Positions 17,901 through 26,299 of a DNA stretch of 38,035 nucleotides are shown piece by piece. The DNA is taken from contig JBGSTX010000096.1 in assembly GCA_041736305.1 (NCBI GenBank), positions 1-38,035 on the forward strand, written 5' to 3'. The DNA comes from Oligoflexus sp. GTDB taxonomy: Bacteria; Bdellovibrionota_B; Oligoflexia; Oligoflexales; Oligoflexaceae. The notes under the pieces are model-generated. The model was not told the DNA's origin. It searched no databases and saw nothing but the letters and a program-made list of their open reading frames with translations. How positions within the stretch are numbered: the stretch's first letter is position 1; every line of letters begins with the position of its first letter. The position numbers were made by a program, and so were the translations under genes.

Positions 17901-19968
17901 TGTCGGTGGTTCCACTGGCGTTTACCTGCGCTGCGAAAATTCGAGAGGACAGATTCCAAGACCTATCCAACCTGTGGGTATCAGTCTTAACAGTCCATAC
18001 AAGATCCAGTTAGATTATCGTATGGCGAGCTTTGATAATCCACCTGTGCTCAAAGTCTCGGCAGTCGCTTCTCAAACACCCTGTTCGGATGAATTTTATG
18101 TGACTGGTGGTGATTTCGGTAGTAACTTAGGTTCAAATAATATGTTCCAGCAGAGGTCGGGCTGTAACTTCGAGTTCACCTATTTATCTAACAGCACTTA
18201 CCCGACGCTGCAGATTGTGAACTCGAACGCTAATATCAACTGTGGTCTGTCTCAGAATAATATTGCTAACAATGGAACTTACGCCCTCGACTGCGGATCT
18301 AACCAGTCTCCATCGATGTTTTCTTTTACCTCATCTAATAGCTATCGAATGAGCATTACTCAGCAGAGTGGTGGCGGCAGAATCTTTAAGGTAGAACAAC
18401 TTTCCCCCTGCTCCAGCGGAATGTATTTCGACGGACCCGCGGCTACTAGTTTATCGCCAGCTTCTACGTATTTGAATTATATATCAAACTGCGTACATCA
18501 AATCACCTGGACGCCAAGTTCGAGTTCGATGCAGAGCTTTTTCTTGAGATCGTCTGATGGTACCTACTGCGGGGCGGGATTATCAGGCACACTTCCGTCT
18601 GACGGCAACTTTTACAACGCTATCTGTAACGTCACGGATCCAAGTAAACTACATAATTTTAGCCCCAATGTGACCGGAGGTCAGACCTATCGCATCACAT
18701 TTGATCAGCAGCGGGCTGATATTCCACCGCAAGTCAAAATGGAATTGATCCCTACTGCTGCATCTATCTATGGGCTTAGCTTTCAAAAAGGTTCCACGAC
18801 TTCCAATTCAAGCGGCAGCTATGGAAACCTTAATTCTCCGGATCTTAACTCCTCTCCGGGAGCTCGTTCTTTCGCCGCTAAGTGGACGGATTCGAATGGT
18901 CGCCTCTGGCTTTTCGGAGGCACAGGTAGGGATGCTAACGGCACCAGCGGAAATCTGAACGATCTTTGGGTTTATGAGCCCCAAAACAACACCTGGACCT
19001 GGAAGGGTGGAAGCCAAGCTGTTGATTCAAATGGTAATGTTGGCGTTCTTAACTTTCCTGATTCAAACAATATGCCGAGTGCTCGATGGGGTGCCACGAC
19101 CTGGATTGCAGGTAGCACGCTCTGGCTTTTGGGAGGGCACGGTCTCGACTCGATTGGGGCGGAAGGTAAATTAAACGACCTATGGAGTTACAATCTCTTG
19201 AATAGTACCTGGACGTGGGAAGGGGGAAGTGCTTTTAAGGATTCTGTTGGTATCTACACAGGCCCAATTCTGGATCCTCGTTCCCGAGTTGGCGGCGCAG
19301 CTTGGGTCGAAGGTGGCTATCTATGGCTATATGGTGGTGAAGGTACACAAGGTTTTCTCTCAGACCTTTGGAAATTTGACTTCACGAATAAGACATGGGC
19401 TCTAGTGTCGGGCGACGCATCTGCAAATCTTTCGAAAACCGCTAATTCGCCGGGTGGCCTTGCATTCCCTAGTACCTGGAACAACGGTGACGTTTACCTT
19501 TATGGTGGATCAAGCTTTGCCGGTCATCAGGGTACGCTATGGCGTTTCTCTGCCGGAACCTGGCAAGAATTGAAAAGCAATTCCGGTAGTAGCAATTACG
19601 GAATTTTGGGAGCCATGAACACCAATAACGCTCCTTCGCCTCGTGAGAAAGCGAGCAGTTGGATGGATAATCAAGGAAGGATGTGGCTCTTCGGTGGTTT
19701 CGGTATTGACTCTGTTGGAGCCACCAACGATCTCGCCGATGTCTGGATTTACATCCCTGGTGATGGCAATTGGATGTGGGCAGGCGGCACACAAAACAGC
19801 AACCTATCGAGTGACTACAACAACGGTAGTTATATGATTGGGGCAAGACGGGGTGCAAGCGCCTGGTTCTCCAGCTCAGGTAATGATGCCTTCATTTTCG
19901 GAGGGAGTGGTTACAGTGGGTCTGGATTCCTAGGCGACCTCTGGCGCATAGATCCAATCGGTCCCTAA
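14977..19968 (+). CDS. Giant (~1660 aa) modular lipoprotein: N-terminal beta domain, 3 FN3-like repeats, 6 Cys-rich repeats, C-terminal Kelch beta-propeller
   Basis: ATG 14977 with GAGG upstream (ORF open from 14953). Lipobox SLSAC. Internal protein repeats are visible by eye. Kelch blades such as GRLWLFGG..G...NDLW, LWLLGG, LWLYGG, MWLFGG, FIFGG..LGDLW. Confidence 0.85.
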   Translation: MVAFRVLISGLTLGTSLSACFQLPTQSVGQVTVLDGSARSVNTQVVSEGKASATIDADSKSPQLLAAPASGNLSGSSITIQPGSLAISADILVEEAIPLSETSLFSELRLTDDVSVQNVGSGLIVRPSQGVDLAHPLTINMPIPVASGLRLQNSQNIAVFYKQFGNEGLTSGIIPGHKILLKGDGTVSFEGYFGAYWVALMNKPVTEEKIVKSEEPIVNTQRISVIETAGVVTETAIVAKALIPEVSWASSELKLEADSRTVYLKAAVKDAAPLSACKADLFQTPLDKSGLLFELGSQTQMRYVVVKPEAHTLIGRFRCQDSQGRMTSSPWSPLINIPALRIVAPPVAWAAVDLSLDQTTRVFSLLAKTVNSRSLKDCVALFKPSTAGVLPISVQTGSNLIARYEHSAPSGETFDARFQCRDEEGRLSESPWSIAITVAAKEIALPIVGGIVGPGPGGIGGSVATMSWAPTSLILNADRSVSLQAYPNSTENFQSCSAEFAQDPNASFPISIAVGVSVQKNFTPSLSSQHPLYGRIVCQMKSGSVQNSPWSEPVTVPAAGPSYCGISAPPLAIYGNRGLGAPLFYDYFQHVASTCAYEMDVFVDANVNVVIASPEQNLVCGSTNNASVADGQSFQLSCASENISSFSQKYFSIPRGNYRARLDFAANTQSPSLVLQKISCPSGDLFLRMDSGAMQSMEHLGACEFEKTGLSVSGYGTMKITNASETRFCAIDGSPSYLFSDMDSYGSCSAPPREISHYLTSGNYNLHLRSGLSADPSGMNPNRMEIWASKEAACPPNYHLLTGSSSSMTAANAFVFHDVSDGRCRYTYDWMSGPVAPFNFKIGTAPATICGTSDMPSSSGSSASWYIGCGTSPFQWGEIQANHAYFLELFVNPTDGSLSELKINDAKPDCRNSIYLQPEAERGIFLDGSRMMFQKEEYLYEYQWTPNANTGFQLVSKDGSEMKVCGLSAGSPDVVVGGSTGVYLRCENSRGQIPRPIQPVGISLNSPYKIQLDYRMASFDNPPVLKVSAVASQTPCSDEFYVTGGDFGSNLGSNNMFQQRSGCNFEFTYLSNSTYPTLQIVNSNANINCGLSQNNIANNGTYALDCGSNQSPSMFSFTSSNSYRMSITQQSGGGRIFKVEQLSPCSSGMYFDGPAATSLSPASTYLNYISNCVHQITWTPSSSSMQSFFLRSSDGTYCGAGLSGTLPSDGNFYNAICNVTDPSKLHNFSPNVTGGQTYRITFDQQRADIPPQVKMELIPTAASIYGLSFQKGSTTSNSSGSYGNLNSPDLNSSPGARSFAAKWTDSNGRLWLFGGTGRDANGTSGNLNDLWVYEPQNNTWTWKGGSQAVDSNGNVGVLNFPDSNNMPSARWGATTWIAGSTLWLLGGHGLDSIGAEGKLNDLWSYNLLNSTWTWEGGSAFKDSVGIYTGPILDPRSRVGGAAWVEGGYLWLYGGEGTQGFLSDLWKFDFTNKTWALVSGDASANLSKTANSPGGLAFPSTWNNGDVYLYGGSSFAGHQGTLWRFSAGTWQELKSNSGSSNYGILGAMNTNNAPSPREKASSWMDNQGRMWLFGGFGIDSVGATNDLADVWIYIPGDGNWMWAGGTQNSNLSSDYNNGSYMIGARRGASAWFSSSGNDAFIFGGSGYSGSGFLGDLWRIDPIGP
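15712..16650 (+). repeat. Three ~100-aa protein repeats (type A, FN3-like)
   Basis: Units start near 15712, 16015 and 16372. Each has x-W-A...L.L, two Cys, R-(F/I)-x-C and ends S-P-W-S. Confidence 0.75.
16660..18753 (+). repeat. Six ~110-125-aa Cys-rich protein repeats (type B)
   Basis: Units start near 16660, 17011, 17353, 17701, 18079 and 18406. Pattern C..(LY/FY)....C.(Y/F)....CG.....C....Y.(I/L).(L/F)....P.L. Confidence 0.7.
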
Positions 19969-19999
19969 GATACGCTTGCAAAAAGCTTCCCCACCCCGC

Positions 20000-20034
20000 A
20001 CCGTGCCTCTCGCAGAGGTACGGTAATCTTTTTT
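20000..20034 (+). terminator. Probable terminator after the giant lipoprotein gene
   Basis: ACCGTGCCTCT-cgc-AGAGGTACGGT, an 11-bp stem with one G-U pair, then AATCTTTTTT. Confidence 0.6.
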
Positions 20035-20152
20035 CCCTAAATTACGATATAATACCCGAGAAGCCTCACATCTTCACAAGTAAGCTATTGGGCCAGAAGC
20101 AAGTCTGGTTTGATAGATGATTTATTTCCAACCCCTGCGCGAGGAGCTGCCA

Positions 20153-21223
20153 ATGCAGAGGCGTAAATGGCTCAACCTCCTACTTCCTCACCTAGCCCTG
20201 GCGCTCTGGACGCCTCTCTTGGGTTCCTGCTCTTTTGGCAAGAGCAAGACTACGGAAGCGGTAGATCCTAAGCTCACGGCCGAGCAACAGAAGGTTCTAG
20301 ACGAGGCCCATGCGGAAATGGAAATCGGCCGAAATATGGCCGGTCGCCTCTTGAAATTCTACGGGGCCTACCCCGACGAGAAGTTGGTTCGCTACGTAAA
20401 CGAGGTCGGGCTCTACGTCGCGAAATTCAGCGAATATCCCGAGCGTCGCTTTATGTTCGACATCTACAATAGTGAAACGGTCAACGCCTTTGCCTGTCCC
20501 GGCGGCTATATCCTCGTCTCGCTAGGTGCGATCAGGACCGCTTCGAACGAAGCAGAACTTGCCCACATACTCGGCCATGAGGTCGCACATGTGGGTCATA
20601 AGCATATGTTCAACACGCTGAACAAAATGAGCAAAGAAGATCTCGACAAGGCCGCTAAAGATAGTGAGAACGTCGCTCAACTTCCGGAAGAACTCAAAGC
20701 CCGTATGCGGCCGGAGCCGGAAGATTCAGCCTTCGGCGCCTTGGTAGCGCGCTACATGGCAGGCAGTACCGCTGGCCTCAACGTTCTACAAGCCGCCAAG
20801 GCGGGGATGTCGCTCATACTCGAGAAGGGTCTGGGAGCCGAGCTCGAACTCGAAGCCGACCGTGATGGGACCAAGTACGCGATCAACGCCGGTTACAATC
20901 CTAAAGCTCTCATCAACTTCCTCTGTCGTCTCGAAACAGACAAGGGCAAGCCCAAGGATTACTGTCTCAAACCCGTGCAGAAGGATCTTGCCAGCGGCAA
21001 GCTCTCAGTCCTCGATCGCACCCATCCGCCCGTACCTGAGCGGGTAGCGAACATTAAGGACGTCCTGATCACGATGAAGGCAGAAGACATCATCGGAGCG
21101 AAGGGAAAAAAACGCTTTGCTACCGTGAAAGAACGCCTACAGCCAGCAGCGGCTAAGCCCAAAGATACTCCAGCCCCTACTCGTGAAATCATTGAAGATG
21201 AAGCCCCTGAGGGAAAGGAATAA
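20153..21223 (+). CDS. M48 family zinc metallopeptidase (BepA/YfgC-like) lipoprotein
   Basis: NAFACPGGYI, LGHEVAH (HExxH), ELEADRDG, THPP. Lipobox LLGSC. ATG 20153 follows GAGGAG (ORF open from 20117). Confidence 0.9.
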   Translation: MQRRKWLNLLLPHLALALWTPLLGSCSFGKSKTTEAVDPKLTAEQQKVLDEAHAEMEIGRNMAGRLLKFYGAYPDEKLVRYVNEVGLYVAKFSEYPERRFMFDIYNSETVNAFACPGGYILVSLGAIRTASNEAELAHILGHEVAHVGHKHMFNTLNKMSKEDLDKAAKDSENVAQLPEELKARMRPEPEDSAFGALVARYMAGSTAGLNVLQAAKAGMSLILEKGLGAELELEADRDGTKYAINAGYNPKALINFLCRLETDKGKPKDYCLKPVQKDLASGKLSVLDRTHPPVPERVANIKDVLITMKAEDIIGAKGKKRFATVKERLQPAAAKPKDTPAPTREIIEDEAPEGKE

Positions 21224-21227
21224 GATC

Positions 21228-22475
21228 ATGAACAGAATGAATCGAGTCCTCGCTTCTGCTCTAGCCTGCCTGACTCCCAGCGTCTGGGCTGATCAGTTTC
21301 ACTATCATAATCTTGTGGTCGGCGAGAGGGCGATGGGACTCGGCGGAGCTTTCTGTGCCGTCTCCGACGATGCCTCGGGTGTAATCTACAACCCGGCCGG
21401 CATTGCGTTTGCTCTTTCCAACGATATCACCGGTTCGGCCAACGCCTATTACAGCAAAAAGGTCGTCTATAAAAAGACGCTAGGAACCAAAGACTTTACC
21501 GAAAAAAGCGGTGGAACTCTCGCTCCTTTCTTCGGCGGTATGCAGAAGATGGATTCGATGCTCCCGGGTCTGGCCTTTGCCTTCGGCCTCTATGCGATCG
21601 ATTCTGAGCTGAAGGATCAAAACGATCTCGAGTTCGACATCGGTTCAGTCGAACGATTTCACCGTACGGCCAACATCCGCGGCGCGAGCACGGGACTTGG
21701 TGGGGCCTTGGCCAAGCGCCTCGGCAATAATTTTGCCATCGGACTCTCCTTGAGTTACATCATGATTGATGAACTCATTCAGGAATACCAGGACGTCCAA
21801 TATAAGAGCGGCCTCTTTCTGACGCAAAACTTCCGTACCCAGCTCAAAGCCGGCGGCCTCGATATGGGCCTTGGTATGCAGTATGCGCTCGGCACCTGGT
21901 CCTTCGGAATCAACATCAAGAATCGCAAACTCCTGAGCGATGTCTACGAAGTTGCCGTCGATCTACGCACCAATAACAACGGCGACGGCGTCCCAGGTGC
22001 TAACAGCAAGCAACAGAGCGAAGCCAAAATCGAAGACGCTCTTGGCAGCATGCCAACAGAAATTCGTGCGGGTACAGCCTGGTTCCCCTCAGCTTCTTTT
22101 CTATGGTCATTTGACGTGATTCATAATACAGAGGCCAAAAGCGACAAGGTATCTGCGTTTGATCGCGAAGCGGTTACCAACTTTGCAACGGGAGCTGAAT
22201 ATTATATAACTCCCTCAATACCCGTCAGGACTGGGCTGTTTACCAACTATGACACGCGACCTGAAGTGCAAGATGGCAAAACGAGCCAACAAGATCATGT
22301 TGACTATTTAGGGTATTCTCTGTTCTTTGGTTGGGTGCAACCGAATAGTCAGGTCGCGGGCGGCCTTATTTATCAAGGTGGCGAGGGCAAAGCGCAGAAA
22401 ATATCTGGCCCTCAGATACAAACGGTCGAAGCCCAGTCCTATACGTTTGCAATGTCGGCAACTCATAGTTTTTAG
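21228..22475 (+). CDS. OmpP1/FadL-like outer-membrane beta-barrel protein
   Basis: Signal peptide, GERAMGLGGAF.AVSDDAS..YNPAG hatch motif, amphipathic strands, C-terminal Phe. Starts 4 bp after the M48 gene stop. Confidence 0.8.
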   Translation: MNRMNRVLASALACLTPSVWADQFHYHNLVVGERAMGLGGAFCAVSDDASGVIYNPAGIAFALSNDITGSANAYYSKKVVYKKTLGTKDFTEKSGGTLAPFFGGMQKMDSMLPGLAFAFGLYAIDSELKDQNDLEFDIGSVERFHRTANIRGASTGLGGALAKRLGNNFAIGLSLSYIMIDELIQEYQDVQYKSGLFLTQNFRTQLKAGGLDMGLGMQYALGTWSFGINIKNRKLLSDVYEVAVDLRTNNNGDGVPGANSKQQSEAKIEDALGSMPTEIRAGTAWFPSASFLWSFDVIHNTEAKSDKVSAFDREAVTNFATGAEYYITPSIPVRTGLFTNYDTRPEVQDGKTSQQDHVDYLGYSLFFGWVQPNSQVAGGLIYQGGEGKAQKISGPQIQTVEAQSYTFAMSATHSF

Positions 22476-22485
22476 AGGTGGCAAG

Positions 22486-22962
22486 ATGGCTATCGATCAA
22501 ATCCCCTTTACGCCTGGGGGATATGCCGAGCTGAAAGCGGAGCTAGATAATCTTAAATCAGTTGAGCGTCCTAAAGTTATTCAGGAAATTGCAGATGCGC
22601 GCGCCCATGGCGATTTGCGGGAAAATGCGGAATATCATGCAGCACGAGAGAAGCAGAGCTTTATCGAAGGCCGCATCCTCCTGCTCGACGATCAGATTGC
22701 GCGGGCGAACATCATAGACTTCGCTAAAGAACAGCCAGACAACATTAAGTTTGGCGCCTTGGTGACCGTAGTTGATGAAGATTCTGGTGAGCAAAAAGCC
22801 TATCGTATCGTCGGTGATCTCGAAGCTGATATCGGCAAGAACAAGCTTTCCATCGCCTCTCCCCTATCCAAGGCTCTATTGGGACGCAAGGTGGGAGACA
22901 CCTTTGAAGTCCAGGTTCCAAAGGGCGTCAAAGAATTCAGCGTCGTGAAAATCGACTACTGA
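22486..22962 (+). CDS. greA: Transcription elongation factor GreA
   Basis: ARAHGDLRENAEYHAARE.Q.FIEGRI, S..SPL.KALLG. ATG 22486 follows GAGGTG. Confidence 0.96.
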   Translation: MAIDQIPFTPGGYAELKAELDNLKSVERPKVIQEIADARAHGDLRENAEYHAAREKQSFIEGRILLLDDQIARANIIDFAKEQPDNIKFGALVTVVDEDSGEQKAYRIVGDLEADIGKNKLSIASPLSKALLGRKVGDTFEVQVPKGVKEFSVVKIDY

Positions 22963-24209
22963 TTCCATCCACTGCGTACCAAACGACCGTCTATAAGTAC
23001 CTCACGAGGTCGAGTCTGACCTAAGTCGGCTATCCATTGTTCGAGCGTTTGGCAGCTATGGATGAGCACATCGGCGTCGTAATCTACGGCGAGGGCGCCC
23101 TTGCGCCTTTCCAAACGCAGAGCCCGTGCGGCGTTCCAGCTCACAGCTACAAAAGCTTCCGCTAAACTTAAACCGCCGTAGAGCGCGCCAAGTCCAGCGG
23201 CCATGGGTAAGCTGGGGAGAAAACAGGAACCTGGATTAAAATCGCTTGCGACCGCGAGAGCGCATCCACTCGCCCGAAAACGTTCAGCTTTGGTGTAGGG
23301 AATGCGGGTGTAAAGCGAGGTTCCCGGCAGAAGGACAGCAACGGTGCCTGCAGCAGCCATCGCACGGATGCCATCGTCGCTAGCTTTTTGCAAGTGATCG
23401 GCGCTCACGGCACCCCAGGCTGCAGCAGCTTCGGCAGCTCCGCTTTCGGCAAATTCATCGGCATGCAGGCGAATTTGCAATCCTAAGGAGCGGGCATGTT
23501 CGATGAGTGGGCGGGTTTCTTCTACAGAAAAATAACCATTTTCTACGAATGCATCAACCCAGCTGGCGAGGCCCTCCTGAGCCACGACTGGCAGCAGCTC
23601 ATCCTTCATTTCTCGTATAAAAGCACTCGAACTGGGTGCATCCCTAGGAACATCGTGCAGGGCGAGACAGGTGACGCTGAGAGTCTGCGGACCTTTTTCC
23701 TTTAAACGATTCAGAATTCGCAAAAGCCGCAGCTCCTCCCGCAGCGATTGCCCATAGCCTGATTTCACTTCGACGGTTGTCACCCCCCAACTCAGAAAAT
23801 TCGCCAGACGCGCCGCCGTGCTTTGCTCCAGATCTGCATCACTCGCTGCGCGGGTTGCCGCAATGGTCGACTTGATTCCACCGCCGCGCGCCGCAATTTC
23901 TTGATAGGTCGCACCGTCGAGACGTGCCGCGAATTCGTGAGTGCGGTCGCCGCCAAAAATAGGGTGGGTGTGACAGTCCACGAGTCCTGGCGTGACCAGA
24001 CTGCCTTTAGCATCGTGCTGGGGCCAGCTGCGATAGTGGCTAGGCACGGCTCCTCCGCCGAACTCTTTGACCTTGCCGTCCTTGAGGGCTAGCCAGGCCG
24101 CGTCTATGCGCCCTAAATCATCCCTTTGAACAGCGGTAAAACGTTGGGTGCGAGCCAGAGGTTCGCAGCTTACGAGCTGACCTATCGAGTGAATGAGCAG
24201 CTCAGCCAT
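22956..24209 (-). CDS. hutI: Imidazolonepropionase
   Basis: PGLVDCHTH, GATYQEIAARGGGI, TTVEVKSGYG, LHADE, SADHL, SDFNPGS. Confidence 0.94.
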   Translation of the reverse strand: MAELLIHSIGQLVSCEPLARTQRFTAVQRDDLGRIDAAWLALKDGKVKEFGGGAVPSHYRSWPQHDAKGSLVTPGLVDCHTHPIFGGDRTHEFAARLDGATYQEIAARGGGIKSTIAATRAASDADLEQSTAARLANFLSWGVTTVEVKSGYGQSLREELRLLRILNRLKEKGPQTLSVTCLALHDVPRDAPSSSAFIREMKDELLPVVAQEGLASWVDAFVENGYFSVEETRPLIEHARSLGLQIRLHADEFAESGAAEAAAAWGAVSADHLQKASDDGIRAMAAAGTVAVLLPGTSLYTRIPYTKAERFRASGCALAVASDFNPGSCFLPSLPMAAGLGALYGGLSLAEAFVAVSWNAARALRLERRKGALAVDYDADVLIHSCQTLEQWIADLGQTRPREVLIDGRLVRSGWNQ

Positions 24210-24212
24210 GAC

Positions 24213-25688
24213 TTAAACCTCCTCGTCTTTCCAAAGTATAGTCCAGCGCGTCCCCTCGGGCGAATCCATCAGCTCGATGCCAGCATCGAGAAGCTGCTTC
24301 CGCAAAGCATCACCCTTCGCATAGTCCTTAGCGGCTCGCGCGGCGTTGCGATCGGCAATCGCCTTGTCGATCGAGCTCGGATCGATTTGCATGTAGCTGA
24401 GAATCTTCGAACGTAGGTTATCGATGAATGCCTGAGGTTCCATCTGCAAAATACCGAAGACCTCGAAGAGCTTCCGGAAGGTCTCGCTGTAGGTTTTTGC
24501 GGTAAGAGCACGGGCCGGCGTCAGTTTCATCGACCTTAGCTCGTTGGCTTTGCGCGAGGCGAGGAGCAGTTCCCGTAGAGCGCCGACGCTCGAAAAGTCC
24601 TGACTCATTTCACGATGAAAGACTTCGATCAGTTGCTGAGGATCATGGGCTGGAAGGAGGGTTTCTTTCCCCTCGAGCTTAGCCGAAGCTGCGATTTGGT
24701 CGAGCGCCTGCAAGGTTTCGTAGAAGTAGAGCAGACGGCGGGCGGCCTGGCGAAAGACGGCATCGCTGAAGTCGACATTTGAACTGTAATGGTTCTGTAG
24801 ATACGCGAGGCGCAGGACTTCGGCGGGATAACGCTGCAAAAAGTCGCGAATCAGCACGTGGTTGCCGAGACTCTTCGACATTTTCTGCTTATTGATCGTC
24901 AGTAGCCCTGAGTGCATCCAGTGGCGTGCATAAGAGCAGGAATTTGCGGCTTCCGACTGGGCAATTTCATTCTCATGATGGGGAAAAATCAAATCGCGCC
25001 CCCCGCCGTGAATGTCGAAACTCTCACCCAGGTGAGCCTTGGCCATGGCGCTGCATTCGATGTGCCAACCCGGGCGCCCAAGGCCCCAAGGACTTGGCCA
25101 GGAGGCGCCGGGGGTCGCATCTTCTTTCCAAAGCGCGAAGTCCATTTCATCTTCTTTATCACCGCTGACGAGGTCGCGCGTGCCGACGCGCAGCTCTTCC
25201 AGTTTGCGGTTGGAGAGCTTGCCATAATCGCTTTTTTTATGAACGCGATAGTAGACATCGCCGGCGGAGGTCGCATAGGCGAAGCCTTTGGTGATCAGAG
25301 TTTCGATCATGGCGATGATTTCTGGGATCGTCTGCGAAACCCTTGGTTCGAAGGTAGCGGGACGAACTCCTAGCGCATGCATGTCGGCTTCGGTGGAAGC
25401 GATGATCTGCTCGACCAGCTCGGCGGGGCTGATTCCCCGTTCACTGGCGCGCTTGATAATCTTGTCGTCGACATCCGTATAATTGCGGACGTAGGTAACT
25501 CGATAGCCGGCAAATTCTAAGTAGCGGCGTATGACATCAAAGAAGACGGCCTGCATTGCGTGGCCAATGTGACAATCGTCATAGACGGTAACACCGCAAG
25601 CATACATTCTGACGTGATTGGCTTCGACCGTCTGCAATTTTTCTTTTTTTCCCGTCAGAGTATTACTTAGCTGTATTTCGCGCGTCAT
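24213..25688 (-). CDS. cysS: Cysteine--tRNA ligase
   Basis: YACGVTVYD..HIGH, NYTDVDDKII, DFALWK, GRPGWHIECSAM, HGGG.DL.FPHHENE, KMSKS. ATG 25688 with GAGG upstream. Confidence 0.97.
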   Translation of the reverse strand: MTREIQLSNTLTGKKEKLQTVEANHVRMYACGVTVYDDCHIGHAMQAVFFDVIRRYLEFAGYRVTYVRNYTDVDDKIIKRASERGISPAELVEQIIASTEADMHALGVRPATFEPRVSQTIPEIIAMIETLITKGFAYATSAGDVYYRVHKKSDYGKLSNRKLEELRVGTRDLVSGDKEDEMDFALWKEDATPGASWPSPWGLGRPGWHIECSAMAKAHLGESFDIHGGGRDLIFPHHENEIAQSEAANSCSYARHWMHSGLLTINKQKMSKSLGNHVLIRDFLQRYPAEVLRLAYLQNHYSSNVDFSDAVFRQAARRLLYFYETLQALDQIAASAKLEGKETLLPAHDPQQLIEVFHREMSQDFSSVGALRELLLASRKANELRSMKLTPARALTAKTYSETFRKLFEVFGILQMEPQAFIDNLRSKILSYMQIDPSSIDKAIADRNAARAAKDYAKGDALRKQLLDAGIELMDSPEGTRWTILWKDEEV

Positions 25689-25810
25689 TGAGTCCTCTAG
25701 ATATTCCAAATCATTGAGCAAAAAATTTCTATCAGAATGGCCAGGCAGGCGTTTCATTAGGCTGCTGCAGCGCTGGGGAAGCCTGTCTAGGCTTCGGCTC
25801 TGAGAGAAAC

Positions 25811-25837
25811 TCAAGTTTCGTCTCGGCCGTTCGATAA
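25811..25837 (+). promoter_or_regulatory. Putative sigma28 (FliA) promoter
   Basis: TCAAGTTT-N11-TTCGATAA compared with consensus TAAAGTTT-N11-GCCGATAA, about 70 bp upstream of the 25909 ORF. Confidence 0.5.
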
Positions 25838-25908
25838 GTAAACCGAAGATTGGAAGCTTAGAGCTGATTAACCCCCAGTCTCCACAGAAAGCAGGCAAAG
25901 GTTGCCTC

Positions 25909-26223
25909 ATGCAAGATAATCGTAAAAAATCTATCGATGTCAGCGAGCTGCAGTATTATTTTGACGCACAAGAACGCGATACTCTCGATAAGCAGGGGCA
26001 TAGTCGTCGTTCGAGCGATATGCTGAGCATACGCGACCGCATTTTAGCGCTTCCCGAACGCGATTATAACGGCATAGTCCAGAGCATTAAAAATATCCTC
26101 AGCAAAGGCCCGGGTGAAAGCGCCGATCCTGCCGCTGCTAAATTGCAGCGCAAAGATGCGGGCGAACTCTACGAAAAAACCCACAAGCCGGCTCAGCCGC
26201 AAACCAAGCTCGAACCTCTCTAA
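25909..26223 (+). CDS. Hypothetical protein (104 aa)
   Basis: ATG ORF with AAAGG upstream, divergent from cysS. No family recognised. Confidence 0.6.
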   Translation: MQDNRKKSIDVSELQYYFDAQERDTLDKQGHSRRSSDMLSIRDRILALPERDYNGIVQSIKNILSKGPGESADPAAAKLQRKDAGELYEKTHKPAQPQTKLEPL

Positions 26224-26299
26224 GCCTAGCTCCCGGCTCAAAGCGCTTCTCTACCACCATGACATACGCTACAATAAAAAAAAGTGCGGGAGACGATGC

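Noticed and set aside
15712..19965. DNA-level tandem repeats, CRISPR array or DGR template/variable pair in the giant gene
   Set aside because: The repeats are visible only at protein level. No near-identical nucleotide repeats, cas genes or reverse transcriptase are in the window.
22327..22485. N-terminal extension of GreA
   Set aside because: It overlaps the barrel gene; the start with an RBS is at 22486.
25689..25910. 74-aa N-terminal extension of CysS in the ORF track, and a hairpin at about 25743-25790
   Set aside because: CysS homology starts at MTREIQLSNTL with an RBS before 25688. The extension overlaps the divergent promoter region, and the hairpin has no recognisable motif.
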